Shown: piece after piece, positions 52,883-62,925 of the stretch
Position numbering within the stretch: the stretch's first letter is position 1
How the letters are laid out: each line of letters begins with the position of its first letter
Source: Opitutales bacterium
GTDB lineage: Bacteria > Verrucomicrobiota > Verrucomicrobiia > Opitutales > Oceanipulchritudinaceae
Length of the DNA stretch: 64,000 nucleotides
Direction of reading: 5' to 3'
NCBI GenBank assembly: GCA_020831585.1
Contig: JAFIGE010000006.1
Span: forward strand, 1,198-65,197
Program-made: the position numbers and the translations under genes
The notes under the pieces: generated by a model
Told to the model about the DNA's origin: nothing
The model's input: the letters and a program-made list of their open reading frames with translations, nothing else
The model's database searches: none

Positions 52883-55800
52883 CTACCGGTGAGCGGGATC
52901 GATGCCGAAGCCGCTGCGGTCAGGGGCTTCCGGTCGGCTCGGGGGCGTGCGCGGGTTGCGCTCCAGCTCGTCGAGGAGGTAGCGCACGGCCGCCTCGAGC
53001 TGCGGATCCCCCCCGTCCACCATGAGGGCCGGATCGTCGATCACTTCGATGTCCGGACGGACGCCGTAGCCCTCGATGATCCAGCGGCCTTCCTGATTAT
53101 AGATGCCGAAGGTCGGCACCGCCGTGTAGCCGCCGTCGATGAGCGAGGGCACCGTGGTGATCCCAATCAAGCCGCCCCAGGTGCGCGTGCCGATCACGGG
53201 ACCGAGCCCGGCCTCGCGGAAGAAATGCGGGAAGGCATCGCCCCCGGAACCGGAAGCGCCGTTGACGAGCATGGCGAGCGGGCCGTTGAAGCCGTCTGCC
53301 GGAGTCGCCCAGTCTTTGCCGTCGCGCCGCGCCCAGAAGGTTTGCCGTGGACGGTTGAGCAGCTCGATGAAGCGGTGGGGAACCTGTCCGCCGCCATTCC
53401 AGCGCTCATCGATAACGATGGCCTCCATGCCGAGTTGGCCGTAATATTGGCGGAAGAGTTCGTTCTGGCCGTTCACCGCCGTATCGGGCACGAAGATATA
53501 GCCCACGCGGCCATCGGAGAGTTTCTCCACTTTCCGCCGGTTGGCTTCTACCCACGAGCGGAAGCGCAGGTTTTGGTCGCTTGCGAGGGTGCGGACAACC
53601 ACATCGCGGGCCTCCTCGTGATCGGGATCGGGTGTGGGGCCGACGCGCAGGGTCACCACCTGGTTGGCCAGGCCGGTGAGGGCCATCCACGGATCAACGC
53701 GGCGGTCCAGGGGCAGGCCGTTCACCGCCAGGAGAAAATCGCCCTCATTCACGCGAACGCCTGGCTGGGAGAGCGGGCCGCGCGCGTCGAGATCCCACGG
53801 AGCGCCCGTGTGGATACGCTCGATGCGGTAACCTTCCAGGCCATCCACCCCGGTGAAGAAAAAGTCCGCCCCGAGGGTGCCGATGGCCACGCGGGGTGTT
53901 TCCTCGGGAAGACCGCCCCACACATAGGCATGACCCGCGTTCAACTCGGCGATCATTTCACCAATGACAAAGTTCAGGTCGGCGCGGCTGCTGAGGTAGG
54001 GCAGGAGGGCGGAGTAATCCTCCCACACCTGCTCCCAGTCCACCCCGTGCATGTTTTCCACGTAGAAGAAATCACGGTGCCGCCGCCAGACGTCGCGGAG
54101 GATTTGCCCCCACTCCGCGCGGGGGTCCACGAGAACGCGCATTGTGGAGGTGTTCACGGGGTTTTCCCAGCGTTGGCCGCTGGCGGCGTTGATCACGGCC
54201 ATGGCATCCCCGCGCACGGCGAGAATCTTTTTGCGATCCGCCGAGAGGATGAAGCTGTTCACGTTTTCGAGAATGGTTTCCTCTTTCGGGTCCTCCGCGA
54301 ATGGATCGAAAATGTGCAGCGTGCCGCTGGAGCTCCAGCGGTTGGTCGAGCGGCGCAGGTAAACAAGGCGGCGCTGGTCGTTGAAGCGGACACCCGAAAT
54401 GTTGCCCCGCTCCAACGGCAGCAAAACCGCGCGGGATTCAAAGCCCTCCCAGGCAAATTCGATCCGCTCCTCCTCCTCCTCCTTCTCGTCTCCCTTTTCT
54501 TCTTCCTCTTCCTCTTCAGAGCGAAGGGAAGCCTCGTCCGAACCATTCTTCTCCGCCTTCTCAGCCTCCTCCCCGTCCTCGTCTTCGTCTGTATCCTCCT
54601 CCTTCTTCTTGGCCTCGACCGTTTCCTCATCGCTTTTGGGCAAGAGGGGCGATTTCCCATCCTCGCGAAGGGGGACGATGACCAGACGGGCCGTGCGGTC
54701 GTAGATGAACGTCGTCCCGATGTCCTCATAGCGCGGATCGGTGAAGTCCATGAAGCTCACGAAAGCGAGATACTCCCCCTTTGCGTCAAAGGCGGGATCG
54801 GTGGCCGAGAACATGCCGCTGGTCAGGCGGATTTTATCGCCCGATTCCACTTCGACTGCCCAGAGCGCATTCGTCGGGCGCAGAAAACGGCCGTCGTCCT
54901 CGGACCGCGAAAAGACGACCCAGCGCGAGTCCGGCGACCAGGCAAGGCTCATGAAGGGCCAGCCCGGCTCGAAAGCCAGCTCCCGCAGCCCGGACGGGGA
55001 CTCGTCCGCCCCCGGGATCGTGCCGTGCCAGAGGCGTTGGGACTTGTCGAGAACGACAAACTGCCGCGAATCCGGAGCCCACACCGGTGTGTAGTAGTAG
55101 GTCTCCGAACCCGCTGTGACGGCGCGCGGCTCGCCCGTGCCATCGGCGCGGCGCAGGGTCAGTTCATACTCTCCGGAGGCATCGCTGCTGAAGAGAATGT
55201 ATTGGCCGTCCGGACTCCACGCGGGCTGGCGTTCGGCGATCCCGCTTGTGCGGGTGAGGTTACGGGCGCTTCCGCGGCGGGCGGGTAGCGTCCAGATGTC
55301 GCCGCGGGCTTCCAGAAGAACCCGCGCGCCCGTGGGCGAAAGGGCGCGGGTTTGAATGGTTTCCGAGGCATCCTTCCATTGCGGGCGGATGATCGGCAAG
55401 GCTCCGCGGATGCGAACATCCACTGTGCGCACCTCCCGGGTTCCAAGATCAAGCACGCGCAGTTGTTGTCCCAACTGGAAGACAACTTCACCCTCGCCGG
55501 TTGGTCCGGGGCCCAGAGAGGGAAAGCGCACATCGTGTTCCGCGAAGTGGGTGAGGCGTTCGCGCTCGCCCGTGGCCACGTCGAAGCGCCAGATGTTGAG
55601 CCTCCAGGGGGCATCTTCATCGGAGAGATAGTAGACGGCGTCGCCGTGCCACATGGGAAAGGTATCCGTGCCCTCCCAGTGGGTCATCTGTTGGGAGGCG
55701 AAGGATTCGAGGTCGAAAATCCAGATGTGCGGGGCCTGCCCGCCCGCGTAGCGCTTCCAGGTGGCCAAATCCCGCGCGTGCGGCATGTAGGCCATACGGC

Positions 55801-56335
55801 GGCCATCCGGGCTGAAAGAGGCGTTTTCGCCGTAAGGCACTGGCAGTTTCACCGGTTGGCCGCCGGTCGCGGGGACTTTGTAGAGTTCCGGCGCGCGGTT
55901 TTGGCCTGTGAAAAAAGATGTCGAATAGACAAGGTGAGTGCCGTCCGGTGTCCAGCCGCTCAGGCGCTTGTCCCCCGGATGGGTGGTCACCCGGCGCGGC
56001 ACACCGCCCTCCGTCGGCATTACATAGATGTCCCGTTGGCCGTCGAAGTTTGTGACAAAGGCCAGCAGGGAGCCGTCCGGACTGAAAGCCGGCGTGACAA
56101 CCGAAGCCTCCGGAAAAGCCACTGCCCGCGCCTCCCCGCCCTCTCGGGGAACAATCCATAACTGTGTCCCGTAGCTGAAGGCGATATACTCCGGCCCGAT
56201 CGCCGGAAAGCGCAGCATCCCCGCTGGCGGGCTTTCAAATGTCGGCTCCGCAGCCAACTGCCCCATCCCCGAAGTAACCCACCCAAAGAGAAGCAAGGCC
56301 GCTCCCCGATACACCAGTCGTTTATTCGAAAACAT
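52883..56335 (-). CDS. Tricorn-protease-like S41 peptidase (beta-propellers, PDZ, S41 domain) with an internal poly-acidic insertion
   Basis: N-terminal LRFPAIGPEYIAFSYGTQLWIV, repeated TolB-like FSPDG blades, C-terminal S41 region (VNGASGSGGDAFP). Confidence 0.8.
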   Translation of the reverse strand: MFSNKRLVYRGAALLLFGWVTSGMGQLAAEPTFESPPAGMLRFPAIGPEYIAFSYGTQLWIVPREGGEARAVAFPEASVVTPAFSPDGSLLAFVTNFDGQRDIYVMPTEGGVPRRVTTHPGDKRLSGWTPDGTHLVYSTSFFTGQNRAPELYKVPATGGQPVKLPVPYGENASFSPDGRRMAYMPHARDLATWKRYAGGQAPHIWIFDLESFASQQMTHWEGTDTFPMWHGDAVYYLSDEDAPWRLNIWRFDVATGERERLTHFAEHDVRFPSLGPGPTGEGEVVFQLGQQLRVLDLGTREVRTVDVRIRGALPIIRPQWKDASETIQTRALSPTGARVLLEARGDIWTLPARRGSARNLTRTSGIAERQPAWSPDGQYILFSSDASGEYELTLRRADGTGEPRAVTAGSETYYYTPVWAPDSRQFVVLDKSQRLWHGTIPGADESPSGLRELAFEPGWPFMSLAWSPDSRWVVFSRSEDDGRFLRPTNALWAVEVESGDKIRLTSGMFSATDPAFDAKGEYLAFVSFMDFTDPRYEDIGTTFIYDRTARLVIVPLREDGKSPLLPKSDEETVEAKKKEEDTDEDEDGEEAEKAEKNGSDEASLRSEEEEEEEKGDEKEEEEERIEFAWEGFESRAVLLPLERGNISGVRFNDQRRLVYLRRSTNRWSSSGTLHIFDPFAEDPKEETILENVNSFILSADRKKILAVRGDAMAVINAASGQRWENPVNTSTMRVLVDPRAEWGQILRDVWRRHRDFFYVENMHGVDWEQVWEDYSALLPYLSSRADLNFVIGEMIAELNAGHAYVWGGLPEETPRVAIGTLGADFFFTGVDGLEGYRIERIHTGAPWDLDARGPLSQPGVRVNEGDFLLAVNGLPLDRRVDPWMALTGLANQVVTLRVGPTPDPDHEEARDVVVRTLASDQNLRFRSWVEANRRKVEKLSDGRVGYIFVPDTAVNGQNELFRQYYGQLGMEAIVIDERWNGGGQVPHRFIELLNRPRQTFWARRDGKDWATPADGFNGPLAMLVNGASGSGGDAFPHFFREAGLGPVIGTRTWGGLIGITTVPSLIDGGYTAVPTFGIYNQEGRWIIEGYGVRPDIEVIDDPALMVDGGDPQLEAAVRYLLDELERNPRTPPSRPEAPDRSGFGIDPAHR

Positions 56336-56387
56336 CCCCGGACAAAAGTCACTTCACCCCCCGAATCAAGCCAACGCCGCCATAAAA

Positions 56388-56416
56388 ATTTTATTCACGG
56401 TAAAATTACTTGACGC
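56388..56416 (-). promoter_or_regulatory. AT-rich promoter-like box (GCGTCA-N17-TAAAAT, spacer AGTAATTTTACCGTGAA)
   Basis: 52 nt separate the -10-like hexamer from the tricorn ATG at 56335. Confidence 0.45.
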
Positions 56417-56519
56417 GTAATTTCCTAATGATCTTCACGGCTGTCCACAGCCGGTAGAGGGCTCGTTTCCGAGCGGCAAACGCAGGCCGCGAGCTTGCGC
56501 TCCGGGGCCTGCGGGAAAC

Positions 56520-56546
56520 AGTATAAAACGTAAAATATATTGACCC
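56520..56546 (-). promoter_or_regulatory. AT-rich promoter-like box (GGGTCA-N15-TATACT)
   Basis: Minus-strand reading: GGGTCAATATATTTTACGTTTTATACT. The spacer is shorter than in the other boxes. Confidence 0.3.
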
Positions 56547-56684
56547 GTTAGCGAGATACACCCTTGGGATACGTATAAACGGGTTTGGTAGGGAGTAGGG
56601 TCTGCGCAAGGTATCACATGTGACGAATAGGAAAATTATTTCAGAAATAAAAACTTGCTGCTTCTGTTAGGCGGACAGGTGGGC

Positions 56685-57938
56685 CTATGGAGAAAGGGTG
56701 GATTGAGTGGCGATGAGGGCGGTGGCGAGGGCGATGTGGGAGTGGGGGCCGTAGGGGGTTGCCATGTAGTCGAGGCATTCGCCGGCGAAATGAAGGCGGG
56801 GTCTTTCGCGGGAGGCGAGGGTGGTGGGGTCGAGGCGGTCCCAGGCGAGGCCACCGCCGTGGGAACGCTCGTGGCGGTCGAGGGTGTGGCCTTTGCTGTC
56901 GAACACGGGGGCTTTGATTTGGCTGATGAGGGCGTTGAGCTTGCGGCCGGGAACAGCTGACCATGTGACCCGTTCGTCAATGCGGGCGCTCTTGAGCCAA
57001 CGGGTCCAGAGTTTGGCGGGGGTGTCCCAGAGGGGATCCTCGGCCAGGGGGCGTTTGCCATGGCTTTGCTTGCGCGCGGTGAGTTCGCGGAGGAGGTCGC
57101 CGGCGGAGGGGCCGGGCATCCAGTCGAGCGTGCAACGGATTTGGTAGGCTGCCGCCACAGCGGTCGCGGCGAGTTCGGCGGAGGCTTTGATGAGGGCGGT
57201 TCCTTCCAGGCCTTTGCCGCTCACGCGGAGTGTGCCGTTGGCGTGGACGGTGGGTGCCTGCCCGGGAAGTTGGAGGGTGACCATGGCGTCTGCTTGGCAG
57301 ATCCCGGCAAGGCCTTTTAGGCGGGCATCGGCGACACGCAGAGCGAAACAGCCGGGGAAAAAGGGGCGGTAGGTGTGCCCGTATGTTTCGAAGAGAGCGA
57401 CAGTGCGCCCGATGGAACCGCCCGTGGTCCAGAGGAGGCGGCGCGCATCGACCGGGGGAAAGGAGCGCGACCACAAGCGCCAGCCATCACTGGTGGGGGC
57501 GACTTCCTCAATGTGGTGCTGCAATCGAAGACGGATGCGGGCCTCGCCGAGTTTGGCGCGCAGGGATTGCCCGACTTCCGCACCGGATTGAGTCGCCCAC
57601 CATGCACCGTCTTGCTCCCGCAGGTTGATGTCGAGGGCCTGCAATTCGTCGCGCAAACCACTTCCGGGCATGCGAACGAAGAGGCTGCGGAGGGGCTCGC
57701 TGCCTTCGAGGCAAACATGGGCGAAGGCGTCGGGATCATCCCCCGCCCAACCGAGGGCGAGGGGCTCGTCGATAAAGCGGTTCAGCCAGGCGAGGGGTTC
57801 GTCCTCGCGTTCGAGGAGGTCGATGGTGGCCCGTGGATAGAGGCAACGCGCCTTGAGGGCGGCGATGGTTCCCGCCAGCCCGCCGCCGACGATAGCGATA
57901 TCGGCGGGTTCTCCGGTGTGTGTATCCGGGTTGATCAT
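56685..57938 (-). CDS. HI0933/BaiN-like NAD(P)/FAD-dependent oxidoreductase
   Basis: An N-terminal motif DIAIVGGGLAGTIAA and a C-terminal motif LHFAGECLDY. Confidence 0.6.
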   Translation of the reverse strand: MINPDTHTGEPADIAIVGGGLAGTIAALKARCLYPRATIDLLEREDEPLAWLNRFIDEPLALGWAGDDPDAFAHVCLEGSEPLRSLFVRMPGSGLRDELQALDINLREQDGAWWATQSGAEVGQSLRAKLGEARIRLRLQHHIEEVAPTSDGWRLWSRSFPPVDARRLLWTTGGSIGRTVALFETYGHTYRPFFPGCFALRVADARLKGLAGICQADAMVTLQLPGQAPTVHANGTLRVSGKGLEGTALIKASAELAATAVAAAYQIRCTLDWMPGPSAGDLLRELTARKQSHGKRPLAEDPLWDTPAKLWTRWLKSARIDERVTWSAVPGRKLNALISQIKAPVFDSKGHTLDRHERSHGGGLAWDRLDPTTLASRERPRLHFAGECLDYMATPYGPHSHIALATALIATQSTLSP

Positions 57939-57965
57939 CCGTCAAAGGGTGCTTTCTCTTCCTCT

Positions 57966-58439
57966 ATGCCGCAATACTGGTTAATGAAATCCGAGCCGGA
58001 TGTGTTTTCTTTTGAAGATCTGAAGAGTCGCCCGGGGAGCGCTTCGCTGTGGGATGGGGTGCGTAACTACCAGGCGCGCAACCTCATGCGCGACCAGATG
58101 AAAAAGGGCGATTTGGTCCTCTTCTACCACTCCAGTTGTGCCGAACCGGGGGTGCAGGGATTGGCCGAGGTTGTTTCGGAGAAGGCGGTCCCGGACCCGA
58201 CGCAATTCGACGAGGCCTCTGAATACTTCGATCCCAAGGCAACGAAGGAAGCCCCCCGTTGGTTTTGTGTGAAAATCGGCTACCGGGAGCCCTTTCGCCA
58301 AGCGGTGACCCTGGCCGCCATCAAAGAAGAGGCCGCTTTGGAGGACATGCTGGTGCGAAAACGCGGCCAACGGTTGTCCGTCCAGCCGGTGGAGGCGGTT
58401 CATTTCCGGCGGATCTGCGAGATGGGCGGAGTTTCCTGA
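57966..58439 (+). CDS. EVE (PUA-like, DUF55) domain protein
   Basis: MPQYWLMKSEPDVFSFEDL...WDGVRNYQARN.MRD.MK.GD.VLFYHS. Confidence 0.85.
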   Translation: MPQYWLMKSEPDVFSFEDLKSRPGSASLWDGVRNYQARNLMRDQMKKGDLVLFYHSSCAEPGVQGLAEVVSEKAVPDPTQFDEASEYFDPKATKEAPRWFCVKIGYREPFRQAVTLAAIKEEAALEDMLVRKRGQRLSVQPVEAVHFRRICEMGGVS

Positions 58440-58523
58440 GATTTGGCTCTCGATAAAGGTTGGCGTCGGGAATGCGTGCAAAGGATTGACCGTTAGGGAG
58501 GCGCGTTTCATCCCTTGTCTTCA

Positions 58524-61271
58524 ATGATCCGAATCCCCATCCCCTGGTTCGGCCGCTCATCCCTCCTCGTGCGGCTGGTTCTCGTCTTTTTCGTGTGCGC
58601 AATCTGGGCGCAGGCCGCGCGGGCGGAGGAGCGCCCGGCGGCGAATCAAATGCGCGTGAGTGAGTTGGCCGCGCCGCCCGTGGGCGAGACCTTGCCCGAG
58701 GGTGCGGCAGTGGCTTCCGTGAATGGACGCGTCGTCATGCTGGGAGGCGTACATTTTGGAAATGAGGGCGACGACTCAATCGATGCGGGCGCCTTTTTTG
58801 TGGAGGAAATTTTCCACCTGGATCCGCTCCCGCCGCCGACAACGCGCGAGCGCGGGTTCGACCGCATCCGCAAATCCCTTCGCATGGGCGAGCGCGTTCC
58901 GGAAGACACGCGCACCTGGACGGCCTCGCCTTTGGCGCATCCGGTGGCCCACGCGGCTGTGGCGAGTGCGGGCGGGCATTTGTATGTCGCCGGTGGCCTC
59001 ACGCCGGATGGGGTCAGCTCAGCCGTCCGGCGCTACACCTTCACGGATGGGGCTTGGGTGTCGATGGATTTGCCTGATCTGCCGCAAGCGGTCTTTTTGG
59101 CCGGTGCGCAAATCATGGGAAACCGGCTCTATGTGGCCGGGGGGCTCACGTCTTTGGACGGGGGGGCATCCGTGCGGGACATGTGGGTACTGGATTTGCG
59201 GGAGGCGGAAGGAACCGCCGCCACCTGGCGAACCGAGCGCATGCCTTATGCCGATGGTGTGGTGGCCCCAACTCTGACGGTGCGCCGCGACGAGGTGGCG
59301 ATCGCCGATGCGCTTTTCTTGCTCGGTGGTTGGCGGGCCGGGGAAAGCGAAGGCCGCTGGCAGCCCCAGACCGAGAGTTTCAAGTTTCTCCCCCCGGAGC
59401 AAAGCCACGCGGGGTGGTCCGCCCTTCGCCCGTCGATCCCTGATGCGGCGCTCGAAACAGCCATTCCGGTTGGACCGGCGCACATCACCCTTTTGGGTCG
59501 GCAGCTGGCGGAAGGGGATGTGTCCCTGCGCGAACTGCTGCGTCCGCCGGCTTCCGATTCGGCAATCATCTTCAAGAGCTACCACCTCTTCACGAATCAG
59601 TGGGTGCGGCTCAACTGGATGCCGCTGGGCCTCGTTGATCCCCACTTGGCGGGTATTGATGGGCGCATTCTCGTGGCGGGCGGCATGCCCGGCGAGGCCA
59701 CGCCCGTCTTTCGCGAGGCCACTCTTTTTTACAGCGAGCGGCATTTCTCGATGCTCGATTACCTGGCCATGTTTCTCTACCTTGGTTCGCTCGTGCTCAT
59801 CGGGAAGTATTTTGCCCGTCGGGACAGCGGCACGGAGTTTTTCTTCCTCGGCGGGCGGAAGATTCCGTGGTGGGCGGCGGGCCTGAGCATTTATGCCACC
59901 GGCACGAGCGCGATCAGCTTCATGGCTATCCCGGCCAAGACCTACATGACCGATTGGCTCTATTTCATCGGCATGTCGATCTTCCCCTTCTTCACCGTGA
60001 TTCTCGCGGCGTATCTCTTTATTCCGCTCCTGCGGCGGTTGGAGATCACGACCGTGATGGAGTATTTTGATCTGCGTTTCGGGCGCTCCGTGCGCTTCCT
60101 CATGTCGTTTGTGAGTGTCATGGGGCAGGTAGCGGGTCGCATGAGCATCACGCTGCTCCTGCCTGCCTTGGCGCTCTCGGCGGTCACCGGGGTCGATATC
60201 TATCTGAGTATTCTTGTGATGGGGGTGCTGGCAACAATCTACACCGTGATGGGCGGCATCAGCGCGGTTATCTGGACGGATGTGTTGCAGGTGGGCGTTC
60301 TCTTCGGGGGCGCGATCCTCAGCTTCTTTCTCATCATGGCGCACGTCGACGGCGGTTTCACGCACATGATCGACCTCGCCGTGGCCGACAACAAGTTCAA
60401 CTTCTTTGATTTCCGCCCCGATCTGACCACCGCAACCATGTGGATTATGCTCCTGTGGGCGGTCTCGGATGTATTCGGGAAGGGGCTCGGCCAGGAAGGC
60501 TTGCAACGCGCCTTTTCCACGCCGACGGTGCGCGACGCCCGCCGCTCAATGATCACCCTGGCGGTGGTGGCCCTGCCGGCCGGCTTCCTCTTCTACGGCA
60601 TTGGCACGGCGCTCTATGCCTTTTACCACCAGCATCCGGAGTTGCTCAACCCGACGCTGCAAAACGACGCCATCTTCCCGCTCTTCATCGCCCAAAAGCT
60701 CCCCGTGGGTATCGCGGGATTGGTCATCTCGGCGCTCTTTGCTGCCGCCATGTCCACCCTCGATACGGCCATGAACAGCGTCTCCGCCATCATCACGCGG
60801 GACTATTACAGTGTCTTCAACAAGAACGCCCCTGAGCGCGTGCAGATGCGCCTGGCACGCTGGGTGACGATTACCTGCGGGGTCATCGGCACGGGCATCG
60901 CGCTCTACATGGCGTCATTTGAGAATCTCGGGTCGCTCTGGGACCGCTTCTCCATCCTGCTCGCGCTTATTGGCGGAGGATTGGGCGGGGTGGGGGCGCT
61001 GGCTCTGTGCACGACGCGCGCGAATTCCGCCGGGACGCTTCTCGGCGTGGCCGTGACGTCGGCCTTTATATTTTGGCTTCGCTTCCACGCGCCCGTTATT
61101 CCCGGGATTTCGCCCCTGCACTTCTTCGCCTACGGCACGGCCTCCCTCTTCGTCGGCTTCATCACCGGCTACCTCTTCAGTATCATCATCGCCGCCGTCT
61201 TTCCCAACATGCCGCGCAAGGATCTCACCGGGCTCACGCTCTGGACCTCCAAGCGCGGGGTGGAGGAGTAA
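58524..61271 (+). CDS. Fusion protein: N-terminal exported Kelch-repeat (NanM-like beta-propeller) domain plus a C-terminal sodium:solute symporter (SSS) domain
   Basis: Kelch-type repeats GGHLYVAGGL, GNRLYVAGGL, LFLLGGW, RILVAGGM. From about residue 410 an SSS transporter (FFLGGRKIPWWAAGLSIYATGTSAISFM...). Confidence 0.8.
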   Translation: MIRIPIPWFGRSSLLVRLVLVFFVCAIWAQAARAEERPAANQMRVSELAAPPVGETLPEGAAVASVNGRVVMLGGVHFGNEGDDSIDAGAFFVEEIFHLDPLPPPTTRERGFDRIRKSLRMGERVPEDTRTWTASPLAHPVAHAAVASAGGHLYVAGGLTPDGVSSAVRRYTFTDGAWVSMDLPDLPQAVFLAGAQIMGNRLYVAGGLTSLDGGASVRDMWVLDLREAEGTAATWRTERMPYADGVVAPTLTVRRDEVAIADALFLLGGWRAGESEGRWQPQTESFKFLPPEQSHAGWSALRPSIPDAALETAIPVGPAHITLLGRQLAEGDVSLRELLRPPASDSAIIFKSYHLFTNQWVRLNWMPLGLVDPHLAGIDGRILVAGGMPGEATPVFREATLFYSERHFSMLDYLAMFLYLGSLVLIGKYFARRDSGTEFFFLGGRKIPWWAAGLSIYATGTSAISFMAIPAKTYMTDWLYFIGMSIFPFFTVILAAYLFIPLLRRLEITTVMEYFDLRFGRSVRFLMSFVSVMGQVAGRMSITLLLPALALSAVTGVDIYLSILVMGVLATIYTVMGGISAVIWTDVLQVGVLFGGAILSFFLIMAHVDGGFTHMIDLAVADNKFNFFDFRPDLTTATMWIMLLWAVSDVFGKGLGQEGLQRAFSTPTVRDARRSMITLAVVALPAGFLFYGIGTALYAFYHQHPELLNPTLQNDAIFPLFIAQKLPVGIAGLVISALFAAAMSTLDTAMNSVSAIITRDYYSVFNKNAPERVQMRLARWVTITCGVIGTGIALYMASFENLGSLWDRFSILLALIGGGLGGVGALALCTTRANSAGTLLGVAVTSAFIFWLRFHAPVIPGISPLHFFAYGTASLFVGFITGYLFSIIIAAVFPNMPRKDLTGLTLWTSKRGVEE

Positions 61272-61339
61272 GGCCCGGCCCCGGGCTCCCGATGTCTCCG
61301 GCCGCTCTTGGCCGGGGACACGTGGGCATGGCTGAACTC

Positions 61340-61834
61340 TCACCCCTTTTTGAAGAGCAGGGCCACGGCGTGAACGGCAATGCCTTCGCCGCGGCCGAGG
61401 GCACCCATTTTTTCGTGGGTCGTTGCTTTGATTCCCAATTGGGTTGTCGCGATTTGCAGAGTGGCCGCGAGGGTTGCCTTCATTTTGGGAATGAAGGGGG
61501 CGATGCGAGGCTGCTCGGCGATGAGCGCAACATCGATATTGCCCACAGAATAGCCCGCTTCACACGCTGCTTGAGCCGCTTTTGCAAGAATCCTCTGTGA
61601 ATCCATGCCCGCCCACTGGGGATCGCTTGGGGGGAAGTGGTGCCCGATATCAGCCGCGCCGACGGCCCCCAGAATCGCATCGGCGACTGCGTGGGTCAGG
61701 ACGTCGGCGTCGGAGTGCCCGAGGAGGCCCCGCTCAGAATCGATCTCCACGCCACCCAAGACCAAGCGGCGACCGGGTTGCAACTGGTGGATATCGAAGC
61801 CCAAACCAATCCGAAAGGGAGGCGCGGTTTCCAT
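61340..61834 (-). CDS. ispF: 2-C-methyl-D-erythritol 2,4-cyclodiphosphate synthase
   Basis: FRIGLGFDIH...GHSDADVL.HA..DA.LGA. Confidence 0.93.
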   Translation of the reverse strand: METAPPFRIGLGFDIHQLQPGRRLVLGGVEIDSERGLLGHSDADVLTHAVADAILGAVGAADIGHHFPPSDPQWAGMDSQRILAKAAQAACEAGYSVGNIDVALIAEQPRIAPFIPKMKATLAATLQIATTQLGIKATTHEKMGALGRGEGIAVHAVALLFKKG

Positions 61835-61890
61835 TCAAATCCGGATCGGAGAAGAAGAGAGGGGGCGGGCTCGATGGAGGCGAGGCATGT

Positions 61891-62556
61891 TCACTCGGGA
61901 GGGGGGCCGGGGGCATTCTGGGCCTCGGCCCGTGCGCGTGCGGCGGCTTCCCGCCGCTCTTGCAGCCACTGGGGCGGCGGTGGTGGGGGAGTGGACGATC
62001 CGCTGTCTCCGCCCGAGGGCCGGACGGTCGGGCGGCGGGTCCGCGCGGGTGGTTGGGCACCTGAATCGCCAGAGCGGCCGGGTTGTGCGGCCGTTGTCCC
62101 GGCGACTGCGGGGCGCGTGGAGGGCGGCTCCGGTGCGCCCACGACAGGCATCGGGGTGCTGTTGGCGCTGAGGCGTTCCAGCTCGATGCTTTCCGTTTGT
62201 CCCTCGTGATTGAGGACGATGGCGTTCTTCTCCAAATCAAAACTCCGCACATGGAAGGGTGCCGAGGCGTCATTCAGAGGCACCCACTTTCCTTCCCGCG
62301 TGCGCTTGTCGGTGATGAGGAAACGGTATTCACCCTCAAGCTGGTAGACACCGCGAAATTCAAAACGGCGGCTGAGGGGGCCTTGGGTTGCCGCTGGCGG
62401 GGGCGCGGCCGGTTGAGTGCGATCTTCCGGAGCGACAAAGCCCGGCGGCAGGAAGGGAGAGCGCTCCGCGAGCGCGGCCAACATTGGGCCACTCCCGCCC
62501 CCGAGTATGAATGTGGCGAGTAAAGGAAGGGAGAAAAAACGGGGAACGGATCTCAT
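61891..62556 (-). CDS. Secreted hypothetical protein with a Pro-rich C-terminus
   Basis: Start at MRSVPRFFSLPLLATFILGG (ATG 62556). Lies 57 nt upstream of ispF on the same strand. Confidence 0.5.
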   Translation of the reverse strand: MRSVPRFFSLPLLATFILGGGSGPMLAALAERSPFLPPGFVAPEDRTQPAAPPPAATQGPLSRRFEFRGVYQLEGEYRFLITDKRTREGKWVPLNDASAPFHVRSFDLEKNAIVLNHEGQTESIELERLSANSTPMPVVGAPEPPSTRPAVAGTTAAQPGRSGDSGAQPPARTRRPTVRPSGGDSGSSTPPPPPPQWLQERREAAARARAEAQNAPGPPPE

Positions 62557-62925
62557 GACAAATCTCACGCGGATGCTGCGGACGACTTTAATTTCCTTAA
62601 TCAAGGTATCTGTGGAAAAGTTGCAACCCCCTTCCGCTCGAATGCCCCACGCCGCGTGTAATTGCGAAGTTTGCCATGACTCCCGATATGCCAACGGCCC
62701 GGCCTGCCCGCCGCACTCCAGAACGGCCCCGGCATGTCCGACGCCTTTTGGAGCGTGCGCTCCGCGCCGCTTTTCGCCGGGCGCGCGGCAAGGGTCGCAA
62801 TGCCCGCACATGCCCAAATCAACCACGGCAATCGCCGGTGGCGCAGGTTTCTCAACGGCTGACAAACTTCGGGATCACAGCCCGCCACGCCCGAGCCTCG
62901 TGCGCCCCGGGTTTTTCAACTGGGG

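Noticed and set aside
52889-55288. 799-aa plus-strand ORF
   Set aside because: Antisense to the tricorn-like protease. It includes the complement of the acidic tract (poly-L/F/S).
59019-60506. 495-aa minus-strand ORF
   Set aside because: Antisense to the Kelch-SSS fusion gene.
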